From the NCBI GenBank assembly GCA_040954595.2, contig CM082594.2:5193319-5257318 (forward strand): a DNA stretch of 64,000 nucleotides, in the 5' to 3' direction. A model generated the notes under the pieces. That model had not been told where the DNA came from and did no database searches. It saw only the letters and a program-made list of their open reading frames with translations. Both the position numbers and the translations under genes were made by a program. Positions 22,632-36,970 of the stretch are shown piece by piece. This DNA is from Balanoglossus misakiensis. Lineage: Eukaryota > Animalia > Hemichordata. The stretch's first letter is position 1. The number at the start of each line of letters is the position of its first letter.

Positions 22632-24370
22632 TCCGATCGCGTCCAGGACGTTGCTATAGCTACGAGTACTTGGCTACTCATTGTTTCAAAACTTGTACAC
22701 ATTATATACATAAGCCAATCAGAGGCTGCGTTATAGCCAGATGATTAGCCATGTGACCAATTGGAACACTTCTTAATAACCAGCCATGTGATCAATTTCC
22801 TCTTCAAGGATTGGTCTGAGCTGTGATTTTCTTTTTTAAAACTTAACAATTTTGTCATCTGTTGGAAAATAACAAACCATTTTAACATTTTTTTGTTGAA
22901 TCTGAATGAATTCAAGAAATTTCCAAATTACAACATTTTGGAATTACTGTACAACTTTCCGGGGGATCTGTGTCTGAAAAGGAACGATGAAAATGTATTT
23001 TTGTAGTTTTTGTTTTTCATGTTTGCGTCAACTTGTAAATGGGCATGTAAATGGCCCGATAGAAGTACCAGACACCCTAGATGAATGAAAATTCACAAGT
23101 TCTGACTTGTTCTTACCGGTGATAAAGATCTCTATATTTCTAAAGTTTTGAGGATGGTCGCGGATTATACACGGATTGTGTATCAAATATGACTTCCCAC
23201 ATCACTGAGGGGGTCTTATGAAAACTGCAGGTTCTATCTGTGACAGAATCTTCATCCACTGCAGATCATGAAAATGTTTGCTTTTTGGTGACACGTAACT
23301 ATACACTGTTCAATATGTCGACTTCTTCCAATTGTAGTCCTCTCTATTATCCTGTACAAATCCAAGTCTGTTGCCTTGACAACAGACAGCAGATTTTTAA
23401 GATTTGTATTTTGATCATACCTTGCTATTTGAATAAAAACTTTTGTAAATACAAAATGAGATGTCTCTGTAACTTTTATTTGCTTGTGGTTCTAAGTGCC
23501 GAAAAATGTCCGTTTATAGAACCACCATGTTTCTAAGGGCCAAAAAATGTCTGACCATTTTTTCCGTCATTACTTAATTTTTCCGAATGTTTTTATATTT
23601 AATTTGAATTTTTATCATATTGATACCGATTGAATATTGTTTGATCATTTTATAGCGCTTTCAGCTATACTGAATTACATGACATGAATTAGATTTCTTA
23701 CATCTCCCGCCAGGTGGCATGTTTCAAGATGGCATCGTCTCTTTCTCGCACAGTGCCCTCTGAAGACGAGAGTAAGAGTAAGAGAGTCTGGGTAACCGAG
23801 ACTTAGGGACCGTTCAGTTTTTACGGCAGGGTGGGGGGGGGGGGGGGGGGGGGGTCGGCAAGTTTGTGTCACGGGTTTTCAAAATCAGGCCGACCCCCCC
23901 TTCACCCAGCACCCAAAAATATGATGACCCCCCCCCACGCTGAAAACATTCGCCGTCCTGATCCTATGTACACTGTATGCAATAAAGGGAACGAGGCTCC
24001 TCACACCTCAATTATAAATTTCTTTAAGTAATCGAATTATATAATAATATCGTTGCAATAAAGAAATCTATGAACAACATAAAATGACAAGTCAATACAA
24101 TAGTTGCTAGAATTGGTAAAACAAGAAAAGTGGGGGGTGGGGGGAAAGAAAATTTTGTAAAATACGGTGCTTAAAGTTGCATTTTAATGAACTCAAAAGC
24201 AAGGCAGGACAAATTTTGATTTTGCCACTCCACTCTAAGTAAGCATAGGGGTGGGGTGGGAATAAGTCTGCCCTGGTACACTACACAGGCGCTCAAGACG
24301 ATCGCTTCGCGATGGGGTGGGGGGATCGGTTCGCGTTGGGGTGGGGGGGCTCAGTACCCCTAAAATATAA

Positions 24371-27300
24371 ATTTTTGACAAAAATCATGGATTATAGCTC
24401 ATGAAAATCATCCAAAAATGACAATTTTTCGACTTTGCGAAATATCAAAATGTCTTCATTTTTTTGAAAAAACCATGGGTTATAGCTCATGAAAATCATC
24501 CAAAAATGACAATTTTTCGACTTTGCAAAATATCAAAATTTCTTCATTTTTTTGAAAAAACCATGGGTTATAGCTCATGAAAATAAACCAAAAATGACAA
24601 TTTTTCGACTTTGAGAAATATCAAAATTTCTTCATTTTTTTGAAAAAACCATGGGTTATAGCTCATGAAAATCATCCAAAAATGACAATTTTTCGACTTT
24701 GCGAAATATCAAATTTTCTTCATTTTTTTGAAAAAACCATGGGTTATAGCTCATGAAAATCATCCAAAAATGACAATTTTTCGACTTTGCGAAATATCAA
24801 AATTTCTTCATATTTTTGAAAAAACCATGGGTTATAGCTCATGAAAATCATCCAAAAATGACAATTTTTCGACTTTGCGAAATATCAAAATTTCTTCATT
24901 TTTTTGAAAAAACCATGGGTTATAGCTCATGAAAATCATCCAAAAATGACAATTTTTCGACTTTGCGAAATATCAAAATTTCTTCATTTTTTTTAAAAAA
25001 CCATGGGTTATAGCTCATGAAAATCATCCAAAAATGACAATTTTTCGACTTTGCGAAATATCAAAATTTCTTCATTTTTTTGAAAAAACCATGGGTTATA
25101 GCTCATGAAAATCATCCAAAAATGACAATTTTTCGACTTTGCGAAATATCAAAATTTCTTCATTTTTTTGAAAAAACCATGGGTTATAGCTCATGAAAAT
25201 CATCCAAAAATGACAATTTTACGACTTTGCGAAATATCAAAATTTCTCCATTTTTTTGAAAAAACCATGGGTTATAGCTCATGAAAATCATCCAAAAATG
25301 ACAATTTTTCGACTTTGCGAAATATCAAAATTTCTTCATTTTTTTGAAAAAACCATGGGTTATAGCTCATGAAAATCATCCAAAAATGACAATTTTTCGA
25401 CTTTGCGAAATATCAAAATTTCTTCATATTTTTGAAAAAACCATGGGTTATAGCTCATGAAAATCATCCAAAAATGACAATTTTTCGACTTTGCGAAATA
25501 TCAAAATTTCTTCATTTTTTTGAAAAAACCATGGGTTATAGCTAATGAAAATCATCCAAAAATGACAATTTTTCGACTTTGCGAAATATCAAAATTTCTT
25601 CATTTTTTTGAAAAAACCATGGGTTATAGCTCATGAAAATCATCCAAAAATGACAATTTTTCGACTTTGCGAAATATCAAAATTTCTTCATTTTTTTGAA
25701 AAAACCATGGGTTATAGCTCATGAAAATCATCCAAAAATGACAATTTTTCGACTTTGCGAAATATCAAAATTTCTTCATTTTTTTAAAAAACCATGGGTT
25801 ATAGCTCATGAAAATCATCCAAAAATGACAATTTTTCGACTTTGCGAAATATCAAAATTTCTTCATTTTTTTTAAAAAACCATGGGTTATAGCTCATGAA
25901 AATCATCCAAAAATGACAATTTTTCGACTTTGCGAAATATCAAAATTTCTTCATTTTTTTAAAAAAACCATGGGTTATAGCTCATGAAAATCATCCAAAA
26001 ATGACAATTTTTCGACTTTGCGAAATATCAAAATTTCTTCATTTTTTTTAAAAAACCATGGGTTATAGCTCATGAAAATCATCCAAAAATGACAATTTTT
26101 CGACTTTGCGAAATATCAAAATTTCTTCATTTTTTTAAAAAAACCATGGGTTATAGCTCATGAAAATCATCCAAAAATGACAATTTTTCGACTTTGCGAA
26201 ATATCAAAATTTCTTCATTTTTTAAAAAAAACCATGGGTTATAGCTCATGAAAATCATCCAAAAATGACAATTTTTCGACTTTGCGAAATATCAAAATTT
26301 CTTCATTTTTTTGAAAAAAACCATGGGTTATAGCTCATGAAAATAATCCAAAAATGACAATTTTTCGACTTTGCGAAATATCAAAATTTCTTCATTTTTT
26401 TGAAAAAACCATGGGTTATAGCTCATGAAAATCATCCAAAAATGACAATTTTTCGACTTTGCGAAATATCAAAATTTCTTCATTTTTTTGAAAAAACCAT
26501 GGGTTATAGCTCATGAAAATCATCCAAAAATGACAATTTTTCGACTTTGCGAAATATCAAAATTTCTTCATTTTTTTGAAAAAACCATGGGTTATAGCTC
26601 ATGAAAATCAACCAAAAATGACAATTTTTCGACTTTGAGAAATATCAAAATTTCTTCATTTTTTTGAAAAAACCATGGGTTATAGCTCATGAAAATCATC
26701 CAAAAATGACAATTTTTCGACTTTGCGAAATATCAAAATTTCTTCATTTTTTTGAAAAAACCATGGGTTATAGCTCATGAAAATCATCCAAAAATGACAA
26801 TTTTTCGACTTTGCGAAATATCAAAATTTCTTCATATTTTTGAAAAAACCATGGGTTATAGCTCATGAAAATCATCCAAAAATGACAATTTTTCGACTTT
26901 GCGAAATATCAAAATTTCTTCATTTTTTTGAAAAAACCATGGGTTATAGCTCATGAAAATCATCCAAAAATGACAATTTTTCGACTTTGCGAAATATCAA
27001 AATTTCTTCATTTTTTTGAAAAAACCATGGGTTATAGCTCATGAAAATCATCCAAAAATGACAATTTTTCGACTTTGCGAAATATCAAAATTTCTTCATT
27101 TTTTTGAAAAAACCATGGGTTATAGCTCATGAAAATCATCCAAAAATGACAATTTTTCGACTTTGCGAAATATCAAAATTTCTTCATTTTTTTGAAAAAA
27201 ACCATGGGTTATAGCTCATGAAAATCATCCAAAAATGACAATTTTTCGACTTTGCGAAACATCAAAATTTCTTCATTTTTTTGAAAAAACCATGGGTTAT

Positions 27301-30300
27301 AGCTCATGAAAATCATCCAAAAATGACAATTTTTCGACTTTGCGAAATATCAAAATTTCTTCATTTTTTTTAAAAAACCATGGGTTATAGCTCATGAAAA
27401 TCATCCAAAAATGACAATTTTTCGACTTTGCGAAATATCAAAATTTCTTCATTTTTTTGAAAAAAACCATGGGTTATAGCTCATGAAAATCATCCAAAAA
27501 TGACAATTTTTCGACTTTGCGAAATATCAAAATTTCTTCATTTTTTTGAAAAAAACCATGGGTTATAGCTCATGAAAATCATCCAAAAATGACAATTTTT
27601 CGACTTTGCGAAATATCAAAATTTCTTCATTTTTTTGAAAAAAACCATGGGTTATAGCTCATGAAAATCATCCAAAAATGACAATTTTTCGACTTTGCGA
27701 AATATCAAAATTTCTTCATTTTTTTGAAAAAACCATGGGTTATAGCTCATGAAAATCATCCAAAAATGACAATTTTTCGACTTTGCGAAATATCAAAATT
27801 TCTTCATTTTTTTGAAAAAACCATGGGTCATAGCTCATGAAAATCATCCAAAAATGACAATTTTTCGACTTTGCAAAATATCAAAATTTCTTCATTTTTT
27901 TGAAAAAACCATGGGTCATAGCTCATGAAAATCAACCAAAAATGACAATTTTTCGACTTTGAGAAATATCAAAATTTCTTCATTTTTTTGAAAAAACCAT
28001 GGGTTATAGCTCATGAAAATCATCCAAAAATGACATTTTTTCGACTTTGCGAAATATCAAATTTTCTTCATTTTTTTGAAAAAACCATGGGTTATAGCTC
28101 ATGAAATTCATCCAAAAATGACAATTTTTCGACTTTGCGAAATATCAAAATTTCTTCATATTTTTGAAAAAACCATGGGTTATAGCTCATGAAAATCATC
28201 CAAAAATGACAATTTTTCGACTTTGCGAAATATCAAAATTTCTTCATTTTTTTGAAAAAACCATGGGTTATAGCTCATGAAAATCATCCAAAAATGACAA
28301 TTTTTCGACTTTGCGAAATATCAAAATTTCTTCATTTTTTTGAAAAAACCATGGGTTATAGCTCATGAAAATCATCCAAAAATGACAATTTTTCGACTTT
28401 GCGAAATATCAAAATTTCTTCATTTTTTTGAAAAAACCATGGGTTATAGCTCATGAAAATCATCCAAAAATGGCAATTTTTCGACTTTGCGAAATATCAA
28501 AATTTCTTCATTTTTTTGAAAAAACCATGGGTTATAGCTCATGAAAATCATCCAAAAATGACAATTTTTCGACTTTGCGAAATATCAAAATTTCTTCATT
28601 TTTTTGAAAAAACCATGGGTTATAGCTCATGAAAATCATCCAAAAATGACAATTTTTCGACTTTGCGAAATATCAAAATTTCTTCATTTTTTTGAAAAAA
28701 CCATGGGTTATAGCTCATGAAAATCATCCAAAAATGACAATTTTTCGACTTTGAGAAATATCAAAATTTCTTCATTTTTTTGAAAAAACCATGGGTTATA
28801 GCTCATGAAAATCAACCAAAAATGACAATTTTTCGACTTTGAGAAATATCAAAATTTCTTCATTTTTTTGAAAAAACCATGGGTTATAGCTCATGAAAAT
28901 CATCCAAAAATGACAATTTTTCGACTTTGCGAAATATCAAAATTTCTTCATTTTTTTGAAAAAACCATGGGTTATAGCTCATGAAAATCATCCAAAAATG
29001 ACAATTTTTCGACTTTGCGAAATATCAAAATTTCTTCATATTTTTGAAAAAACCATGGGTTATAGCTCATGAAAATCATCCAAAAATGACAATTTTTCGA
29101 CTTTGCGAAATATCAAAATTTCTTCATTTTTTTGAAAAAACCATGGGTTATAGCTCATGAAAATCATCCAAAAATGACAATTTTTCGACTTTGCGAAATA
29201 TCAAAATTTCTTCATTTTTTTTAAAAAACCATGGGTTATAGCTCATGAAAATCATCCAAAAATGACAATTTTTCGACTTTGCGAAATATCAAAATTTCTT
29301 CATTTTTTTGAAAAAAACCATGGGTTATAGCTCATGAAAATCATCCAAAAATGACAATTTTTCGACTTTGCGAAACATCAAAATTTCTTCATTTTTTTGA
29401 AAAAACCATGGGTTATAGCTCATAAAAATCATCCAAAAATGACAATTTTTCGACTTTGCGAAATATCAAAATTTCTTCATTTTTTTGAAAAAACCATGGG
29501 TTATAGCTCATGAAAATCATCCAAAAATGACAATTTTTCGACTTTGCGAAATATCAAAATTTCTTCATTTTTTTGAAAAAACCATGGGTTATAGCTCATG
29601 AAAATCATCCAAAAATGACAATTTTTCGACTTTGCGAAATATCAAAATTTCTTCATTTTTTTGAAAAAACCATGGGTTATAGCTCATGAAAATCATCCAA
29701 AAATGACAATTTTTCGACTTTGCGAAATATCAAAATTTCTTCATTTTTTTGAAAAAACCATGGGTTATAGCTCATGAAAATCATCCAAAAATGACAATTT
29801 TTCGACTTTGCGAAATATCAAAATTTCTTCATTTTTTTGAAAAAACCATGGGTTATAGCTCATGAAAATCATCCAAAAATGACAATTTTTCGACTTTGCG
29901 AAATATCAAAATTTCTTCATTTTTTTGAAAAAACCATGGGTTATAGCTCATGAAAATCATCCAAAAATGACAATTTTTCGACTTTGCGAAATATCAAAAT
30001 TTCTTCATTTTTTTGAAAAAACCATGGGTTATAGCTCATGAAAATCAACCAAAAATGACAATTTTTCGACTTTGAGAAATATCAAAATTTCTTCATTTTT
30101 TTGAAAAAACCATGGGTTATAGCTCATGAAAATCATCCAAAAATGACAATTTTTCGACTTTGCGAAATATCAAAATTTCTTCATATTTTTGAAAAAACCA
30201 TGGGTTATAGCTCATGAAAATCATCCAAAAATGACAATTTTTCGACTTTGCGAAATATCAAAATTTCTTCATTTTTTTGAAAAAACCATGGGTTATAGCT

Positions 30301-33300
30301 CATGAAAATCATCCAAAAATGACAATTTTTCGACTTTGCGAAATATCAAAATTTCTTCATTTTTTTGAAAAAACCATGGGTTATAGCTCATGAAAATCAT
30401 CCAAAAATGACAATTTTTCGACTTTGCGAAATATCAAAATTTCTTCATTTTTTTGAAAAAAACCATGGGTTATAGCTCATGAAAATCATCCAAAAATGAC
30501 AATTTTTCGACTTTGCGAAACATCAAAATTTCTTCATTTTTTTGAAAAAACCATGGGTTATAGCTCATAAAAATCATCCAAAAATGACAATTTTTCGACT
30601 TTGCGAAATATCAAAATTTCTTCATTTTTTTTAAAAAACCATGGGTTATAGCTCATGAAAATCATCCAAAAATGACAATTTTTCGACTTTGCGAAATATC
30701 AAAATTTCTTCATTTTTTTTAAAAAACCATGGGTTATAGCTCATGAAAATCATCCAAAAATGACAATTTTTCGACTTTGCGAAATATCAAAATTTCTTCA
30801 TTTTTTTGAAAAAAACCATGGGTTATAGCTCATGAAAATCATCCAAAAATGACAATTTTTCGACTTTGCGAAATATCAAAATTTCTTCATTTTTTTGAAA
30901 AAACCATGGGTTATAGCTCATGAAAATCATCAAAAAATGACAATTTTTCGACTTTGCGAAATATCAAAATTTCTTCATTTTTTTGAAAAAACCATGGGTT
31001 ATAGCTCATGAAAATCATCCAAAAATGGCAATTTTTCGACTTTGCGAAATATCAAAATTTCTTCATTTTTTTGAAAAAACCATGGGTTATAGCTCATGAA
31101 AATCATCCAAAAATGACATTTTTTCGACTTTGCGAAATATCAAATTTTCTTCATTTTTTTGAAAAAACCATGGGTTATAGCTCATGAAATTCATCCAAAA
31201 ATGACAATTTTTCGACTTTGCGAAATATCAAAATTTCTTCATATTTTTGAAAAAACCATGGGTTATAGCTCATGAAAATCATCCAAAAATGACAATTTTT
31301 CGACTTTGCGAAATATCAAAATTTCTTCATTTTTTTGAAAAAACCATGGGTTATAGCTCATGAAAATCATCCAAAAATGACAATTTTTCGACTTTGCGAA
31401 ATATCAAAATTTCTTCATTTTTTTGAAAAAACCATGGGTTATAGCTCATGAAAATCATCCAAAAATGACAATTTTTCGACTTTGCGAAATATCAAAATTT
31501 CTTCATTTTTTTGAAAAAACCATGGGTTATAGCTCATGAAAATCATCCAAAAATGACAATTTTTCGACTTTGCGAAATATCAAAATTTCTTCATTTTTTT
31601 GAAAAAACCATGGGTTATAGCTCATGAAAATCATCCAAAAATGGCAATTTTTCGACTTTGCGAAATATCAAAATTTCTTCATTTTTTTGAAAAAACCATG
31701 GGTTATAGCTCATGAAAATCATCCAAAAATGACAATTTTTCGACTTTGCGAAATATCAAAATTTCTTCATTTTTTTGAAAAAACCATGGGTTATAGCTCA
31801 TGAAAATCATCCAAAAATGACAATTTTTCGACTTTGCGAAATATCAAAATTTCTTCATTTTTTTGAAAAAACCATGGGTTATAGCTCATGAAAATCATCC
31901 AAAAATGACAATTTTTCGACTTTGCGAAATATTAAAATTTCTTCATTTTTTTGAAAAAACCATGGGTTATAGCTCATGAAAATCATCCAAAAATGACAAT
32001 TTTACGACTTTGCGAAATATCAAAATTTCTCCATTTTTTTGAAAAAACCATGGGATATAGCTCATGAAAATCATCCAAAAATGACAATTTTTCGACTTTG
32101 CGAAATATCAAAATTTCTTCATTTTTTTGAAAAAACCATGGGTTATAGCTCATGAAAATCATCCAAAAATGACAATTTTTCGACTTTGCGAAATATCAAA
32201 ATTTCTTCATTTTTTTGAAAAAACCATGGGTTATAGCTCATGAAAATCATCCAAAAATGACAATTTTTCGACTTTGCGAAATATCAAAATTTCTTCATTT
32301 TTTTGAAAAAACCATGGGTTATAGCTCATGAAAATCATCCAAAAATGACAATTTTTCGACTTTGCGAAATATCAAAATTTCTTCATTTTTTTGAAAAAAA
32401 CATGGGTTATAGCTCATGAAAATCATCCAAAAATGGCAATTTTTCGACTTTGCGAAATATCAAAATTTCTTCATTTTTTTGAAAAAACCATGGGTTATAG
32501 CTCATGAAAATCATCCAAAAATGACAATTTTTCGACTTTGCGAAATATCAAAATTTCTTCATTTTTTTGAAAAAACCATGGGTTATAGCTCATGAAAATC
32601 ATCCAAAAATGGCAATTTTTCGACTTTGCGAAATATCAAAATTTCTTCATTTTTTTGAAAAAACCATGGGTTATAGCTCATGAAAACCATCCAAAAATGG
32701 CAATTTTTCGACTTTGCGAAATATCAAAATTTCTTCATTTTTTTGAAAAAACCATGGGTTATAGCTCATGAAAATCATCCAAAAATGACAATTTTTCGAC
32801 TTTGCGAAATATCAAAATTTCTTCATTTTTTTGAAAAAACCATGGGTTATAGCTCATGAAAATCATCCAAAAATGACAATTTTTCGACTTTGCGAAATAT
32901 CAAAATTTCTTCATTTTTTTGAAAAAACCATGGGTTATAGCTCATGAAAATCATCCAAAAATGACAATTTTTCGACTTTGCGAAATATCAAAATTTCTTC
33001 ATTTTTTTGAAAAAACCATGGGTTATAGCTCATGAAAATCATCCAAAAATGACAATTTTTCGACTTTGCGAAATATCAAAATTTCTTCATTTTTTTGAAA
33101 AAACCATGGGTTATAGCTCATGAAAATCATCCAAAAATGACAATTTTTCGACTTTGCGAAATATCAAAATTTCTTCATTTTTTTGAAAAAACCATGGGTT
33201 ATAGCTCATGAAAATCATCCAAAAATGACAATTTTTCGACTTCGCGAAATATCAAAATTTCTTCATTTTTTTGAAAAAACCATGGGTTATAGCTCATGAA

Positions 33301-35108
33301 AATCATCCAAAAATGACAATTTTTCGACTTCGCGAAATATCAAAATTTCTTCATTTTTTTGAAAAAACCATGGGTTATAGCTCATGAAAATCATCCAAAA
33401 ATGACAATTTTTCGACTTTGCGAAATATCAAAATTTCTTCATTTTTTTGAAAAAACCATGGGTTATAGCTCATGAAAATCATCCAAAAATGACAATTTTT
33501 CGACTTTGCGAAATATCAAAATTTCTTCATTTTTTTGAAAAAAACATGGGTTATAGCTCATGAAAATCATCCAAAAATGACAATTTTTCGACTTTGCGAA
33601 ATATCAAAATTTCTTCATTTTTTTGAAAAAACCATGGGTTATAGCTCATGAAAACCATCCAAAAATGGCAATTTTTCGACTTTGCGAAATATCAAAATTT
33701 CTTCATTTTTTTGAAAAAACCATGGGTTATAGCTCATGAAAACCATCCAAAAATGACAATTTTTCGACTTTGCGAAATATCAAAATTTCTTCATTTTTTT
33801 GAAAAAACCATGGGTTATAGCTCATGAAAATCATCCAAAAATGACAATTTTTCGACTTTGCGAAATATCAAAATTTCTTCATTTTTTTGAAAAAACCATG
33901 GGTTATAGCTCATGAAAATCATCCAAAAATGACAATTTTTCGACTTTGCGAAATATCAAAATTTCTTCATTTTTTTGAAAAAACCATGGGTTATAGCTCA
34001 TGAAAATCATCCAAAAATGACAATTTTTCGACTTTGCGAAATATCAAAATTTCTTCATTTTTTTGAAAAAACCATGGGTTATAGCTCATGAAAATCATCC
34101 AAAAATGACAATTTTTCGACTTTGCGAAATATCAAAATTTCTTCATTTTTTTGAAAAAACCATGGGTTATAGCTCATGAAAATCATCCAAAAATGACAAT
34201 TTTTCGACTTTGCGAAATATCAAAATTTCTTCATTTTTTTGAAAAAACCATGGGTTATAGCTCATGAAAATCATCCAAAAATGACAATTTTTCGACTTTG
34301 CGAAATATCAAAATTTCTTCATTTTTTTGAAAAAACCATGGGTTATAGCTCATGAAAATCATCCAAAAATGACAATTTTTCGACTTTGCGAAATATCAAA
34401 ATTTCTTCATTTTTTTGAAAAAACCATGGGTTATAGCTCATGAAAATCATCCAAAAATGACAATTTTTCGACTTTGCGAAATATCAAAATTTCTTCATTT
34501 TTTTGAAAAAAACATGGGTTATAGCTCATGAAAATCATCCAAAAATGACAATTTTTCGACTTTGCGAAATATCAAAATTTCTTCATTTTTTTGAAAAAAC
34601 CATGGGTTATAGCTCATGAAAATCATCCAAAAATGACAATTTTTCGACTTTGCGAAATATCAAAATTTCTTCATTTTTTTGAAAAAACCATGGGTTATAG
34701 CTCATGAAAATCATCCAAAAATGACAATTTTTCGACTTTGCGAAATATCAAAATTTCTTCATTTTTTTGAAAAAACCATGGGTTATAGCTCATGAAAATC
34801 ATCCAAAAATGACAATTTTTCGACTTTGCGAAATATCAAAATTTCTTCATTTTTTTGAAAAAACCATGGGTTATAGCTCATGAAAATCATCCAAAAATGA
34901 CAATTTTTCGACTTTGCGAAATATCAAAATTTCTTCATTTTTTTGAAAAAACCAAGGGTTATAGCTCATGAAAATCATCCAAAAATGACAATTTTTCGAC
35001 TTGGCAAAATATCAAAATTTCTTCATTTTTTTGAAAAAACCATGGGTTATAGCTCATGAAAATCGTCAAAAATCGACAATTTTTCGACTTTGGGAAATTT
35101 CAAAATTT
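24371..35108. repeat. Satellite array, 88-bp unit, ~120 highly homogeneous copies
   Basis: Unit CCATGGGTTATAGCTCATGAAAATCATCCAAAAATGACAATTTTTCGACTTTGCGAAATATCAAAATTTCTTCATTTTTTTGAAAAAA, with starts at e.g. 24561 and 24649. Units at both ends are degenerate. Confidence 0.98.
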
Positions 35109-36970
35109 GGCCTATTTTTGATTTTTATGCAGGAGACAGCCAATCAGGGACTTGCAATCATTCCAATAAAACCAATCAAGAAAAAGCAACTAATTATGAA
35201 AGTAGCACATCAGATACACGTCCCGTACCTCAACGACCAAGTTGTGATTTTGAGCATTTTATCATTTTGACACCCAAATTTGAGCCATACAGAAGGAATT
35301 AACACAAAGCCATATTAGAAAATCAACCACTGAGACGCTGGGACATTTGATGAAAATGTATCTTTTTATTTAAACCCAAAATATCATACAGTCAGTTGAG
35401 AGGGCTCAGGTACATTTTAAGCATGGATACATAAGTTTTGAATAGCTTAGTTAAAGTTATATGAAAATAGAGTACAGCAAACATATATATGACAAAGAAA
35501 AGTGGAGGGAATCTGCTTCAAATGTGTCTTTTAAAATCACACACAACTTGCATTATTATTTACATATACAGTACATGTGTCAATACAGACTGGACTGAAG
35601 GGCTCTGGGACGGACTATTCTACTTTTGCTGTACATCATATACTCTAAAAACCGAACGTTGTCTCTCATCATTTCTGATGTTTCCATGAGTGTATAAGTA
35701 GTAGATAAATTACACTTCTTTAAATAGAATCTCAGGACATACTTGTACAGATATCATTGACACCAAGATCAAAATGTACTTTCCAAAATTTACAAACTTT
35801 ACAACAGTAGGGTAAGTGATTCCTCATTTTCAAATTTCAGTCGGAGAGGTTTACGTGTAGTCATTAGGATTGGCAAATTTCAACAACAAAAAATAGAAAT
35901 CACGGACGTCCATAAAATTGGAATTTATACTCTCAGAATAAAAGCTCAAAAATATATTTTCTTGTTCTCAACTAACCATTATCTCACAAGTTGTGTGAAC
36001 TATGGTAATACATATACAAACATATTATTAAGTACGGTAACTACTGCTTGTGATGGGGTAAAAACCTAAATGAGACAAAGTCACTATAAATAATTATCTA
36101 TCACATAAGAAGTGTTTTGTTGTCAACTGACGCTAGACATTGATGTAGTCCTTGTGTACATGTATATGCATTCCACGCACCTTAATTAGAATTTCCTGTA
36201 TGTACCAAAAATTATTTTCATTGAATGTAATATTTAGAGGCAGGGAGTATCACATGACTGGTCCTGTCAGCAAGCAACATTGACATAGGAATCATCATAA
36301 CCAGAATATTAAACTAACACAAGACATCAAATATTCTGTCAGGTGATCATAACTTGCCCCTTATGGTCTACTGGTTTCATTGTTGTGTTTATCAAGGTGA
36401 TTTCACAGTAATTTCTTCCATTACAGACTGACCTTCATACTGTCCATTCTTTAAATAAATCATGTCAAATCAATAATTCTGATATACATATATCTCACAT
36501 TAGTCAAGGCAAATTATTTACAAATTTATAGTACAGACCTCATCATTCGTATGATTTTTAAGTATTCAAGGCAAGAGGTACTCTTTCACATCTGTTCGAT
36601 AATTTGGGGGGGGGGGGAATGCCCAATAATCAACTAAAATCAATTGTAAAATTATTCTTGAACGGCATCAGTGAAAAATAATGTCCATAACTTATTTTTT
36701 TAATACTGCAAAATCATAAACATCAATAGAATTTCCAGTGTTAATAAAAACATATTGATCAGTGTCTGCTTCATGTGAAATGGTAATTTCTTGGGAAAAC
36801 CTTGCCACTAGAATAATCATGTAATTATAGGCACCTATTTAACCTTTTCGCCCCCATTTCCCTGTTTTAAAGGTCCGCCATTGCTGTTGAAAACAATGGG
36901 AGTTGGACCAAACCATTGGTGGTGGAAGGGTTATAAGAATCCCTGTGTAACCTCTTCAAGAGTCATCAGT

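Noticed and set aside
24371-35108. CRISPR-like array
   Set aside because: The units are contiguous and near-identical with no unique spacers, there are no cas genes, and the context is eukaryotic. It is a satellite.
35001-35302. ORFs at the right edge of the satellite
   Set aside because: They are translations of degenerate repeat units and flank, with no protein-like features.
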